This document shows, one piece after another, positions 41,919 to 52,107 of a stretch of DNA of 64,000 nucleotides. The notes below the pieces were generated by a model. That model was not told where the DNA came from. It ran no database searches and was given only the letters and a program-made list of their open reading frames with translations. Made by a program: the position numbers and the translations under genes. Within the stretch, counting starts at the first letter, position 1. Each line of letters starts with the position of its first letter. The stretch comes from Desulfatiglandales bacterium (lineage in GTDB: Bacteria > Desulfobacterota > DSM-4660 > Desulfatiglandales > HGW-15). The stretch lies in contig CAXXJJ010000001.1 in assembly GCA_963667015.2 (NCBI GenBank), positions 1,088,001 to 1,152,000 on the forward strand, given 5' to 3'.

Positions 41919-42896
41919 ATGACAGATAAATTGAAATTGGAAGATATAAAGAAAGTAGCAGTTATCGGTGCCGGAACCATGGGTCATGGTATTGCCCAGG
42001 CCTTTGCCTATGCAGGTTACGAAGTAAATATGATGTCAAGAACCCAGGAAACCCTGGACAGGGCAATGTCCCTGATCAAGGCAAGCCTTGAGGCTATGGC
42101 TGGTGCCGGTCTTGTTGATGGAGACAAGATTCCAGCTACACTCGAACGCATTACTACCTGCCAGAGCATTGAAGAAGCTGCACAGGGTGTAGATATTGCC
42201 TTTGAAACCATGGTTGAAAACAAAGATGCAAAGATCATGGTTTTTAGCGAGCTGGATAAACATTGTCCTCCTCATGCCCTGATCGCCAGCAACACAACAT
42301 TCCTTAATCCCTTTGAATTCGCGGACACAAGCAGAAATGACAAAATTCTCATTGCTCATTTTTACGCACCACCGCAGATTATTCCCCTGGTTGATGTTGT
42401 AAAGGGACCTGAAACCGACATGTATAATGTTGAACTTATGGTTGAGCTTCTTAAGAGTATTGGTAAAAAACCGATTCTTTTTAAGCAGTATGTATCAGGC
42501 TATGTTATCAGCCGTCTTCAGCTTGCCCTTCAGCGTGAAATCTACTTCCTGCTTGATGAAGGTCACCTTACTCCAAGAGAAATTGATGATGCATGTATCT
42601 GGGGCCTTGCAATGCGTATGATGATAGTCGGTGCAGTAGGCCGAATCGATTACGGCGGTATTGGCCTGAGCGTAAACAACCTTAAGAATCCTGCGTGTGA
42701 TGCCACACCGATTGAGTATATGCCAAAGAAGATTTTTGAGTTGTTTGATCAGGGGCATGTTGGCGTGAAATCCGGCAAGGGTTTCTATGACTATGAAGGA
42801 AAACCCGAGGCCGAACTCTGTTCTATCAGAGATGAGAAACTTCTGAAGATGCTGAAGTTCGCCATGGATCTCGGAGACGCATTACCGAAAAAGTAA
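41919..42896 (+). CDS. 3-hydroxyacyl-CoA dehydrogenase-family protein with atypical active-site motifs
   Basis: GAGTMGHGIA Rossmann motif, ASNTT, HFYAPP...LVDVV, GVKSGKGFYDY. Confidence 0.88.
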   Translation: MTDKLKLEDIKKVAVIGAGTMGHGIAQAFAYAGYEVNMMSRTQETLDRAMSLIKASLEAMAGAGLVDGDKIPATLERITTCQSIEEAAQGVDIAFETMVENKDAKIMVFSELDKHCPPHALIASNTTFLNPFEFADTSRNDKILIAHFYAPPQIIPLVDVVKGPETDMYNVELMVELLKSIGKKPILFKQYVSGYVISRLQLALQREIYFLLDEGHLTPREIDDACIWGLAMRMMIVGAVGRIDYGGIGLSVNNLKNPACDATPIEYMPKKIFELFDQGHVGVKSGKGFYDYEGKPEAELCSIRDEKLLKMLKFAMDLGDALPKK

Positions 42897-42908
42897 TAAG
42901 GAGAGATC

Positions 42909-44177
42909 ATGAGTCTTGAAAAAGTATATATAGTAAGTGGAGCCAGGACCCCTATAGGGCGCTTTGGCGGTACATTGAGAAGCGTGCCTGTCTATAAGTT
43001 TGCTGCAGTGGTCCTGAATGAAGTAATCCGCAGGGCAGGCATAGAGGCTGATTCTGTGGATGAGGTGGTTATGGGGCACGCCTACCAGAACGGTGAATGT
43101 GCCAATGGTGCCCGTATGGCGCTTCTGGAAGCAGGCTGGCCGGTATCAATTACAGGGCTGGTTGTGGACAGGCGCTGCTGCTCCGGTCTTGATGCAATCG
43201 CAATGGGCGCAATGAAGATCCAGACCGGTAATGCCGATATAGTGGTAGCCGGCGGTATGGAGAGCATGAGCCAGGCCGAAATGTATATCCCCGGTGACAT
43301 CCGCTGGGGACTTGGTGGCAAGAATGATGAAAAATTCGGATTTATGCCAAAGGGCCATGGTGCTCTTGCCATGTGGGGTATCCCTTTCTATGACAGGATA
43401 CAAAGAGGCCGTGTTATGGCACAGCCCATCGAAAGGTTTGGTGAACTTAACTCGATGATGACCTGGGCTGAGGCTGCTGCCAAAAACGAAGGGATTACCC
43501 GTGAAGCGGTTGACGAATGGGCTTATAACAGCCATCAGAAGGCAGTGAAGGCTATGGAATCGGGTAAGTTTACAGAGGAAATTATTGGTATTCCGGTCCC
43601 TCAGGCAAAGGGTGATCCTGTTCTGTTTGATAAGGATGAAACACCGCGTGCCGACACCACCATAGAAAAACTGGCCAAACTTAAAACCATATACGCGGAC
43701 GGTGTCTGTACAGCAGGGAACTCTTCCTCAGAGAATGACGGCTCCGGTGCCGTGGTTCTTATGAGTGAAAAGAAGGTCAAAGAACTTGGGCTTACGCCCA
43801 TGGTTGAATTCAAGGCCTTTGCTGCAGCCGGTGATGATCCTACTCTCACATATCCTGCAGTTCCTCTCGCAGTAAATAAGGCACTGAACAAGGCCGGGAT
43901 TACACAGAACGATGTAGACCTGATCGAGATTCAGGAGGCCTTTGCAGCTCAGACACTTGCTGATGCAAAACTTCTCGGTCTTACTCCGGACGAGTGTAGC
44001 GCAAAGGTAAATGTCAATGGTTCAGGCATTTCACTTGGGCATCCGATCGGAGCAACCGGTGCCATGCGGCTTGTTACTTTGATACACGAGATGGTTCGCA
44101 GAAACTCGCGCTATGGTCTTGAGACGATCTGCGGTGCTGGCGGACTGGGCGTTGCTGCGGTATTTGAAAGAAGTTAA
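42909..44177 (+). CDS. Thiolase (acetyl-CoA C-acyltransferase)
   Basis: RTPIGRFGG, RRCCSG, GGMESMS, QEAFA, GHPIGATG, TICGAGG. Confidence 0.92.
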   Translation: MSLEKVYIVSGARTPIGRFGGTLRSVPVYKFAAVVLNEVIRRAGIEADSVDEVVMGHAYQNGECANGARMALLEAGWPVSITGLVVDRRCCSGLDAIAMGAMKIQTGNADIVVAGGMESMSQAEMYIPGDIRWGLGGKNDEKFGFMPKGHGALAMWGIPFYDRIQRGRVMAQPIERFGELNSMMTWAEAAAKNEGITREAVDEWAYNSHQKAVKAMESGKFTEEIIGIPVPQAKGDPVLFDKDETPRADTTIEKLAKLKTIYADGVCTAGNSSSENDGSGAVVLMSEKKVKELGLTPMVEFKAFAAAGDDPTLTYPAVPLAVNKALNKAGITQNDVDLIEIQEAFAAQTLADAKLLGLTPDECSAKVNVNGSGISLGHPIGATGAMRLVTLIHEMVRRNSRYGLETICGAGGLGVAAVFERS

Positions 44178-44216
44178 GGCTTCAGAAAAAAAGTATTTTA
44201 GGAGGCAAAATTTAGT

Positions 44217-44984
44217 ATGGAAGATATTTTTAGTCTGAAAGGGAAAAATGCCGTTGTACTTGGCGGGGCTGGTGGGCTCGGTGAGGCCATAGTTGAAGGT
44301 CTGAGTCAGTATGGCGCAAAAATTGTTATTGCAAGCAGAAAGCTTGATGCCCTTGAGACGGTAGCAGCAGATATTGCAGCAAAGACAGGCGGCGAAATTA
44401 AAGCCATGACAGTTGATGTTACTGATGAAAGAAGCATGGCAAAGCTTGTCGGAGATGTGGTAGAAAAATTCGGAACCATTGATATCCTTGTAAATGCCAT
44501 GGGGCTGAATATAAAAAGAGATGCACTGGATTATCCCATGGAAGACTGGGACAAGATATTCAACATAAATGTTAAAGGCACGATGATCGCCTGTAAGCAG
44601 TTTGGCTGCATAATGAAGGAGCAGGGAAAGGGCAAGATAATCAACCTTTCGTCAGTAAGAGAAGTAAGAGGCTATACCGGCGGAAACTCAGCCTATTGTG
44701 CCACAAAGGGTGCTGTAGGTATGATAACAAAGGCCCTGGCACTTGAGCTTGCTCCCTATAACATTTATGTGAACGCTATCGGTCCCTCTCTTATTATTAC
44801 CCAGGGAACAAGGCATATACAGAAAGATCCATCTCTTGCCCAGAAATATTCTTCTCAGATACCCCTGGGAAGACTTGGAATTCCGGCTGATCTGAAAGGT
44901 GCGGCAGTATTTCTTGCATCGAATGCATCTGACTTTATTACTGGACAGACTATATTTGTTGACGGCGGTTTGACTGCAGGTTAA
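44217..44984 (+). CDS. Short-chain dehydrogenase/reductase
   Basis: GGAGGLG, NLSS, YCATKG, VNAIGP, FITGQTIFVDGG. Confidence 0.92.
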   Translation: MEDIFSLKGKNAVVLGGAGGLGEAIVEGLSQYGAKIVIASRKLDALETVAADIAAKTGGEIKAMTVDVTDERSMAKLVGDVVEKFGTIDILVNAMGLNIKRDALDYPMEDWDKIFNINVKGTMIACKQFGCIMKEQGKGKIINLSSVREVRGYTGGNSAYCATKGAVGMITKALALELAPYNIYVNAIGPSLIITQGTRHIQKDPSLAQKYSSQIPLGRLGIPADLKGAAVFLASNASDFITGQTIFVDGGLTAG

Positions 44985-45009
44985 ACGGTTGTTCATAAGT
45001 TGGATTAAA

Positions 45010-45050
45010 GAAGGGGCAGCTTTTATAAAGCTGTCCCTTCTTTTTTTATT
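45010..45050. terminator. Bidirectional terminator between the SDR and MarR genes
   Basis: GAAGGGGCAGCTTT-TAT-AAAGCTGTCCCTTC plus T-tract. Confidence 0.75.
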
Positions 45051-45492
45051 CGGGCAGGGGCTGAGATATTTTTATCAGCAATTCGTTAAGCTGATTGAGT
45101 TCTTCTCCGGACAGGTTCTTATATTGAAAAACATGCAAATCAAACAGAGATTTTTGACATTCAGTAACCAGTTGTTTTCCCTTAGGGGTGAGTTTGACGA
45201 TTACAATTCTGCGGTCAGTTCCGCTGGTTCGTTTTACAAGTCCGGCATTTTCAAGCTCTGCCACCATCCTTGTAATATTGGGCTGAAGGCATACGGTTCT
45301 TGATGCAATATCCTGAATTGTCAGGGCCTGGTTTTCGGACAGCAGTATTGTTTCCAGCAAATCAAACTGGGCTACTGTTATTTCCTTATTTTTGAACAAC
45401 TTGTTTGATCCGACATGCATAATGTTGTAAGCACGTTTGAGATTTCTGGAAGTCAATTTTTCTATTGGCATCTTTGCTATTGTATTACTCAT
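45046..45492 (-). CDS. MarR-family transcriptional regulator
   Basis: ITVAQFDLL, PNITRMVAELENAGLVKR...DRRIVIVKLTPKG. Confidence 0.9.
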   Translation of the reverse strand: MSNTIAKMPIEKLTSRNLKRAYNIMHVGSNKLFKNKEITVAQFDLLETILLSENQALTIQDIASRTVCLQPNITRMVAELENAGLVKRTSGTDRRIVIVKLTPKGKQLVTECQKSLFDLHVFQYKNLSGEELNQLNELLIKISQPLPE

Positions 45493-45686
45493 TACAGCCC
45501 CTTAGGTTTTTTCTTTTTTGCTAATATATAAAATGGGAGAAGTCACTTGAGAACAGTATATCTACATTGTGAAGCAGATGTATATCAATGATATATTGTA
45601 TGTCAAGGATTTTTTCCGTGTATATTATAGAGCGTCATTAATTATATCTTTAAATTAATTAATTACGCTCCTGTTATTAAAACCTT

Positions 45687-47357
45687 TCAGTATCTGGAGT
45701 GCAACGGCACCATATTTCCATACTTCTTAACAAGTTTTTCCCAGTTGCCGGGAAGCATTATTTTTTTTGTAATAAATGAATTTTTTATATCTCCAACACC
45801 TTGAACCAGACCTGTCCAGTTTCCCGGTCCGCCAGCTACAACAATATTTAATCGACCGGTATCATTTCCATCCCGAGATTGTCCATAACTGTTAATAAGA
45901 AAATTTCTTAATTTCTCTTTACTCCACCCCTCACTGGCCAGGGTTTCAGCCTGTTCCGGATTGACAATAAAGCAGGATATTCCTTCCGGGCCCAGTTCAG
46001 ACATTGACTCTGCAATTGCCTCAGCATCATTACCCCCTGCTGTGTTCTGCGTGAAGCTGTTCGGGAAGAATAACGTAAGCGAATTTTCATCCTTTTTAAA
46101 TCCATGGTCTGCATGAAGAGGCTCCCATGGACTCTCTTCTTCATTTTCTCCGATAACCAGTGCGTTTTTAAAGGGATTCCCTAATGTACCCATATCTTCG
46201 ATACCTTTGCGCATTCCGCCGATATTCTGGATAATCAACCCTATCGTGCGGCCGATAGCGCCGTTGGCGAGACTCCCGGGGCTCAACGCGCCTGCCCCTG
46301 AATTTACATGGATCTGATTGCGCACTGGGCCGTTAATAATAAAAAAAGGTCCCCATGATCCGGTGCCCGATTCAACTGCATTAATACCGGATTCCTTATC
46401 TGCAAGGGCTTCGACAGCCGCTATAATGACAGGCATATGGGTTGGAAGCGCACCTGCCATAACCGCATTTATGGCTATTTTTTCAACCGTTGCCTTTCCC
46501 TTCATTGGAGGTATTTTTGCAACTACATGATCTGCCGATAGATCAGTTACCTTCAACATTTCCATTACCGCTTTTTCTGTCGGCGGAATTACAGGCAGAC
46601 CGTCCGTCCATCCTTTCCTGAAAAAGAACATATTTATGTTTTCATAATCCCCTTTAAATGCAATTTTTGGAGGAGGTTCAGTACTGTATTTCGGTGATTT
46701 TTCATGATCTGACAATGGTTCTGTCAATGATTCAAGTATGCCGGACATTGCTTCACCTATACCGGCTTCAATATCTTCCCTTGAGGTAATTTCACTTCCC
46801 AGGTTAAGCACCTGCCTTCGAATTACCGGCATTCCCTTTTCCTTTGCTGCAGACTGCAACTCGCCCATAAACCCCTGATTCACCAGTAACACGACCGGTG
46901 TTCCAAGCTCCTCGATGGATATACCATTGTATGTGAGGATCCTGGAGCAGGAGCCTCAGCTTCCTACGAGCAGGATGACAGCATCATTGCCCTGTGCCCA
47001 TTTTTTGAAGGTCTCAGCGCGTTTTGTATCAAGCTCTCTCTCCTTCTGTTGATCAGAACTGTATATATTGATTTTAGCATCAGGATACATGGAGCCCAGC
47101 CATTCCTTTAATGAAACGGCAATAGGGATGGCAGAGTGTTTGTAATTGGCAAATAAACCGATATTTTTGCCTTCCAGACTTTCCAGTCTTGGAGAAATTC
47201 CCTTAAGTATCTCCTGGTCGGTCTCACCCCATGGATTGAGAACTTCATATTTATTGTTTGACTGGTCCGCAGCAAACGAAATCCCGATGTAAGCAGTGAA
47301 GAAAAACACAACCATACAAAGCGTTTCCAGGCTTCGGAGAAAAGCGCGTCTGTGCAT
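45687..47357 (-). CDS. UGSC-motif selenoprotein, copy 2 (556 aa, Sec134); joins ORFs 46956..47357 and 45687..46892
   Basis: TGA at 46958-46956 continues in frame as GS-U-GSCSRILTYNGISIEELGTPVVLLVNQ into the next ORF; downstream hairpin; RRAFL leader. Confidence 0.85.
46902..46946 (-). promoter_or_regulatory. Putative SECIS element of selenoprotein copy 2
   Basis: mRNA UCCAGG-A-UCCUC-ACAUACA-AUGG-UAUAU-CCAU-C-GAGGA-G-CUUGGA just 3' of the UGA. Confidence 0.65.
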
Positions 47358-47370
47358 AAATTATACCTCC

Positions 47371-49068
47371 TTAATACCTTACATATGTCGGAACCATGGT
47401 TCCATACTTTGCCTTCAGGCTATCCCAGTTTTCGGGCAGCTTGATTTCTCTTGTGACAAAATAGTTGCCAAAGTTGCCTGCACTCTGCAGCAGGCCCATC
47501 CATACACCCGGCCCACCCGCAACAACTATTGCAAAATCTTCATTTTTCAGGTTTCCCTGCCTCCTGCTGAGGACATCCGCGCCATTGGACTTTTCAATAA
47601 TAAAATCTTTTACCTTCTGCTTGGACCACCCTTCGCTGGCAAACCTGTTTGCATGATCCGGGATTACAATCATTGTGGACAGGGCTGTAGGGTTCATACC
47701 TGCCAGAGTTGTGGCAATCCCTTCTGCAGTTGTCTGGGCAGGGATTGTCTGGGCATAGCGGTTAGGGAACATTACTGTAACGGTGCTTGAACCCTTCTCG
47801 TAACCGAATTCAACATTAAGAGGCTCCCATGGACTGTTTTCTTCATTTTCTCCAATTACAAGGGTATATTTTAAAGGATCTCCCAGTGTGCCCATATCCT
47901 CTATTCCCTTTCGGGCCCCGCCAATATTCTTTACAATAAGCCCCAGGGCTCTTCCAATTGCTGCATTTGCTATATTCCCGGGACTCATCATGCCGGAACT
48001 GCAATTGACATGAATATCATTCCTTATGGGACCATTAATGATAAGCAGCGGCGCCCAGGACCCGGTGCTTACCTCAAATGTATCAAAACGCGTTTTAGGA
48101 TCGGAAAGTGCCTCTACCGCTGCTAACAGTACCGGCATGTGGGTCGGCAAAGCCCCTCCCATTACTGCATTGACTGCAATTTTTTCGACAGTGGCCTTGC
48201 CCATTCTGGGTATCAGCTTTGTCACGACATGATCAGGCGATAGGTCTGTTCCTTTCATCATTTCATCAACCCTGGCCTGTGTCGGCGGGGTAATCGGAAG
48301 ACCGTCGCCCCAGCCTTTTCTGTAGTAAAACTGGTTTACCTGATCATATGTTCCTTTAAAGGCAATCTTTGGTTCTGTCTCAGTCCTGATTTTGGGGGAT
48401 TTTTCTTCATCGGTCAGAGGATTGGTAAGTGCACCGATAATATCATCAAGTACCTCATCTATACCTGTTCTGATATTTTCGGCATCGGTTGATTCACATA
48501 ATATTGTTGTTCCAAGTGCGCGAACTCCCGGCATGCCTTTTCCTGATGCTGCGGAGTGAACGTCGTTTAAAAAGCCCTGATTCGCCAGTAGCACGACCGG
48601 CGTTCCAAAGTCCTCAATGGCTACGCCATTATATGTGAGGAACTTTGTGCAGGAGCCTCAGTCTCCTACCATGCCGACGACGGCATCAACCCCTTTGGCC
48701 CAGGCGGAAAACTCTTCTTTGTTTTCTGTTTCCGATTCGTCGACATTGGGCAGTGTGGAATGAAACAGTATGGTCTCAATATCCGGAAATCTTTCTTTAA
48801 GTCTTTTCTCAACCTCGTTGGCGATAGGCACAGCCGCACGTTTGAAGTTGGCAAAAATACCGATTTTTTTACCTGCCAGTGAACCCACCCTGGGGGATAT
48901 GCCCCTCAGCGGAATCGGATCAACATCTGCCCATGGGCTGAGAACCTCATACTGCGTCTCAGCGGCGGCAGTATTCCCGGTCGGCTGTTCAGGTGTATTG
49001 CCGGAACACGAGAAAGCGGCCGCAATGGTAAAGACCATTATGGCTGTATGTTTGATAAACCTTAACAT
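47371..49068 (-). CDS. UGSC-motif selenoprotein, copy 1 (565 aa, Sec137), lipoprotein; joins ORFs 48658..49068 and 47371..48594
   Basis: TGA at 48660-48658 continues in frame as GD-U-GSCTKFLTYNGVAIEDFGTPVVLLANQ; lipobox AFSC; C-domain motifs GWGDGLPITPPT, ATVEKIAVNAVMGG. Confidence 0.9.
48606..48647 (-). promoter_or_regulatory. Putative SECIS element of selenoprotein copy 1
   Basis: mRNA CAAAG-U-UCCUC-ACAUAU-AAUGGC-GUA-GCCAUU-GAGGA-CUUUG; apical loop begins with G about 33 nt after UGA, fitting the bacterial SECIS consensus. Confidence 0.78.
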
Positions 49069-49596
49069 GTCAATTCCCTCCTTTTTATTTGTTTTAGTTT
49101 TGTTTTATATATTTATCATAAATTCGATAAAACAGGGGATAATCATATTATCAAATATCTGCATTTTTCAGGATTAAAAACATGACACATTTTTACTTGA
49201 CCAACCCATTTCCTTTGATGTAATCATGTTTAAAAAATATATCAATAATATGTAAATATTTATAAGGCAGTCATTCAATCATGTCAAGGGATAACCAGAG
49301 AGATGGTTGCAGGTCATTTAAGCACATGTACGTTTTTGTTCGTCCGCCATTGTGTCCACTACAAAATCCTTTAACCGGAAAATAATGAATTACCTGCGAA
49401 GGCAGAAAGGAAATTTCCGGGGAGCACATTTGATGAATATGATTCCCGGGAAACGCATGTATTATGTTTATTCCTTCTTTAAAAAATTACAATAATATGG
49501 CAGACTGTGCGACACTAAAAGAAACACCAATGGAATACTTATGATTTTATGCCGGATATGGCTGGATGATATCCGGAGAAGCAGAAAGGAGCGGTT

Positions 49597-50031
49597 ATGA
49601 AAACAAGACGGTCGACAGGTATTTGCACAACTTTATTATTGATAGCAGCTATTTTTTCTTTCCTGATTTTTTCTCCGTGTTATGGAGCGGAAGAAGGGAT
49701 TCCAAGGATAACCATCCAGGAATTGAAAAAGATGATGGACGACGGTGAAGAGGTGACTGTAATCGATACGCAGCCAGAAAATGTATTCGTTAAGGGGCAT
49801 ATAAAGGATTCTGTTAACATACCCTGGAAATCTCAGCTTGCCCTTGAAGATGTCTGGTCGATCCCGAGCGGTATCCCTATAGTAACATACTGCGCATGCG
49901 GCGCAGGGGAAGCCGACAGTGCCGACTTTGCCAAGCAGCTGATGAAAATGGGCTATAACGATGTGAAGGTTCTTAAGCACCCTGCAATTGAGGGATGGAT
50001 TAAAGCCGGATACCCGATAGAAAAAGAGTAG
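49597..50031 (+). CDS. Exported rhodanese-like protein
   Basis: Signal peptide; RITIQELK, VIDTQ, GHIKDSVNIP, IVTYCACGAGE, GWIKAGYP. Confidence 0.85.
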   Translation: MKTRRSTGICTTLLLIAAIFSFLIFSPCYGAEEGIPRITIQELKKMMDDGEEVTVIDTQPENVFVKGHIKDSVNIPWKSQLALEDVWSIPSGIPIVTYCACGAGEADSADFAKQLMKMGYNDVKVLKHPAIEGWIKAGYPIEKE

Positions 50032-50121
50032 ACTGAAGGATTTATACATCTGCACAATTGGTATTTGCAGACTGACCTTGTATGCAGCAGCGCCGCTGGC
50101 TGAATTTCCAAAGGAGAGACA

Positions 50122-51450
50122 ATGATTGTACCAAACAATGCTGTTATGAACAATGATCCGCGAAAAAAAATTGATATTGCGCCTATGGGTTTCCTGCAGA
50201 TATTTATTATCGCAATAACCGTAGGACTGAACGCCCTGGATGGTATTGATGTACTTTCAATAAGTTTGGCTATACCCGATATTGCACGTGAATGGGCACT
50301 TAACGATACTGTAGTCGGCTTTATACTGAATATGGAACTTATCGGGATGGGGATAGGCTCCATATCATTGGGATGGGTTTCCGATTCAACAGGACGCCGG
50401 AAAACAATGATCGCCTGCCTTATAATGATGGCAGCAGGCATGTTCATGGTGGCAAGATCATCTGGTGTAGTAGAGTTATCGATCTACAGGATTATAACCG
50501 GTCTGGGCATCGGCGGCTTATTGGCGGCTATCACGGCAATAACAGCGGAGTTTTCCAACCTTAAAAACAGGGCTCTTTGTATTTCCATAATGGCTATCGG
50601 CTACCCCATAGGCGGCATTGTGGGATCCAGGATAGCCGGATGGCTGTTGCATACCTATGGCGACTGGCGGTTGATATTTTATTTTGGTGCGGTTGTAACT
50701 ACTTGTTTTATTCCTCTGTTTTATTTTGCAGTCCCTGAATCAATCCACTGGCTTATGCGTAAACAACCGAAAGGGGCGCTGGACAAGGTAAATAAGACAC
50801 TTAAACGTCTGGGGCATGACGTTATTACAATGCTGCCTGATATTACAACAGACATACGGAAAAAATCCTACGGCGATTTATTCTCGCCCGGGCTTATCCG
50901 TATTACAACAATTATAACCGTTGCCTACTTTCTGCAGATCAGCACCTACTTTTTTATACTTAAATGGGTACCCAAGGTAGTTGTAAAGCTGGGATTTTCC
51001 TCTGCGGACGGAGCCGATATGATGATGTTTGTCAATATCGGCGGAATGCTGGGCGGAATAATCCTTGGATTACTGACCCTGAGAGTTGGTGTGAAGATAC
51101 TCACTATAGGAACTCTGGTGTTTTCGGCTGTTTTTATCACCATTTTAGGGACAACAAGCGAGCTGAATTACTTTGCAGTATTTGCGGTCTTGAGCGGTCT
51201 TTTCGGTAATGCGGGTATAGTCGGTATGTATGCCCTGTTCCCGGCGGCCTTTCCCACTCATGTAAGATCCTCGGGTACCGGTTTTGTGCTTGGTATCGGA
51301 CGTGGAGGTGCATACCTGACGCCTGTCATGGTAGGGATCATGTTTGATCATGGTTTCAGCCTGCCGGTGGTTACCATGCTCATCAGTATCGGGGCATTAG
51401 TCGGTGCATGTGTGCTTTTATTTTTAAAACTTAATAAAAATGCAGATTAA
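50122..51450 (+). CDS. MFS transporter, aromatic acid:H+ symporter (PcaK/BenK-like)
   Basis: LDGIDV in TM1, SDSTGRRK, RIITGLGIGG, AEFS, PES, FPTHVRSSGTG; about 12 TMs. Confidence 0.85.
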   Translation: MIVPNNAVMNNDPRKKIDIAPMGFLQIFIIAITVGLNALDGIDVLSISLAIPDIAREWALNDTVVGFILNMELIGMGIGSISLGWVSDSTGRRKTMIACLIMMAAGMFMVARSSGVVELSIYRIITGLGIGGLLAAITAITAEFSNLKNRALCISIMAIGYPIGGIVGSRIAGWLLHTYGDWRLIFYFGAVVTTCFIPLFYFAVPESIHWLMRKQPKGALDKVNKTLKRLGHDVITMLPDITTDIRKKSYGDLFSPGLIRITTIITVAYFLQISTYFFILKWVPKVVVKLGFSSADGADMMMFVNIGGMLGGIILGLLTLRVGVKILTIGTLVFSAVFITILGTTSELNYFAVFAVLSGLFGNAGIVGMYALFPAAFPTHVRSSGTGFVLGIGRGGAYLTPVMVGIMFDHGFSLPVVTMLISIGALVGACVLLFLKLNKNAD

Positions 51451-51475
51451 TTAACTGGAATGAGTCACACCAGAT

Positions 51476-51508
51476 AAGGAGTTTCAGGATTTTCTTGAAA
51501 CTCCTTTT
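51476..51508 (+). terminator. Intrinsic terminator after the MFS gene
   Basis: AAGGAGTTTCAGG-ATTTT-CTTGAAACTCCTTTT. Confidence 0.72.
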
Positions 51509-51550
51509 AATTTGACCACTAACCACACGAAATACACGAAAAGTAGAAAG

Positions 51551-51700
51551 TCATCATAGTCCTGTCCCATAAATTTATGGGACAGATAGTAAATTTTATA
51601 TAAAAACCCCATAACCTATTGAATTATAGAATAATATTGCGAATTGGCTTTCCAAAACCTATGGACACTTTAGAAAACTTCCCAACCACCATTTTTTCGC
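51551..51700 (+). repeat. Long intergenic repeat family, copy A
   Basis: Palindrome CTGTCCCATAAATTTATGGGACAG plus block ATTGAATTATA...ATATTGCGAATTGGCTTTCCAAAACCTATGGACAC. Confidence 0.9.
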
Positions 51701-51800
51701 GTCTTTCGCGTCTTTCGAGTCTTTCGTGTCTTTCGTGTGTTTCGCCATAAACTGTAATAAATATGCTTCATACGTTTTGATTGCTATTTTTTGCTGAACA

Positions 51801-51813
51801 GGTCATAATGACC
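51801..51813. promoter_or_regulatory. Putative autoregulatory operator of the phd-vapC pair
   Basis: Palindrome GGTCAT-A-ATGACC about 25 nt upstream of the antitoxin start. Confidence 0.5.
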
Positions 51814-51837
51814 ATTATTTTTAACAAGAGGATATCA

Positions 51838-52107
51838 ATGAGCGAACAAAAAGTTAGTGTTGCAGATGCAAAAAAAAACCTTTCCGAACTTTTAGGGAAA
51901 GTAGCTTATGGAAAGGAACAAATTATAATAACAAAAAGAGGAAGGCCAATGGCCCGACTTGTCCCTGCTGAAGGTTCAGCCGGACACCTTGGCGATGTCA
52001 AAGGATGGCTTGATGATAATGACCCATTTTTTGATACTATCGGAACGATTGTCGAAAAGAGAGCCAGTCATATACCAAGGATTCTTAAACAGAAAATGGA
52101 CAAATAA
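51838..52107 (+). CDS. Phd/YefM-family antitoxin
   Basis: VSVADAKKNLSELL, IIITKRGRPMARLVP; start 51838 after SD GAGG. Confidence 0.9.
   Translation: MSEQKVSVADAKKNLSELLGKVAYGKEQIIITKRGRPMARLVPAEGSAGHLGDVKGWLDDNDPFFDTIGTIVEKRASHIPRILKQKMDK

Noticed and set aside
46893..48660. Nonsense pseudogenes or four independent genes
   Set aside because: The same TGA in the same motif, with conserved in-frame bridges and hairpins in both paralogs, favours selenocysteine
51562..51585. Chromosomal dif site
   Set aside because: The arms resemble a XerC half-site, but the spacer is not 6 bp, there is no XerD arm, and the motif is multicopy
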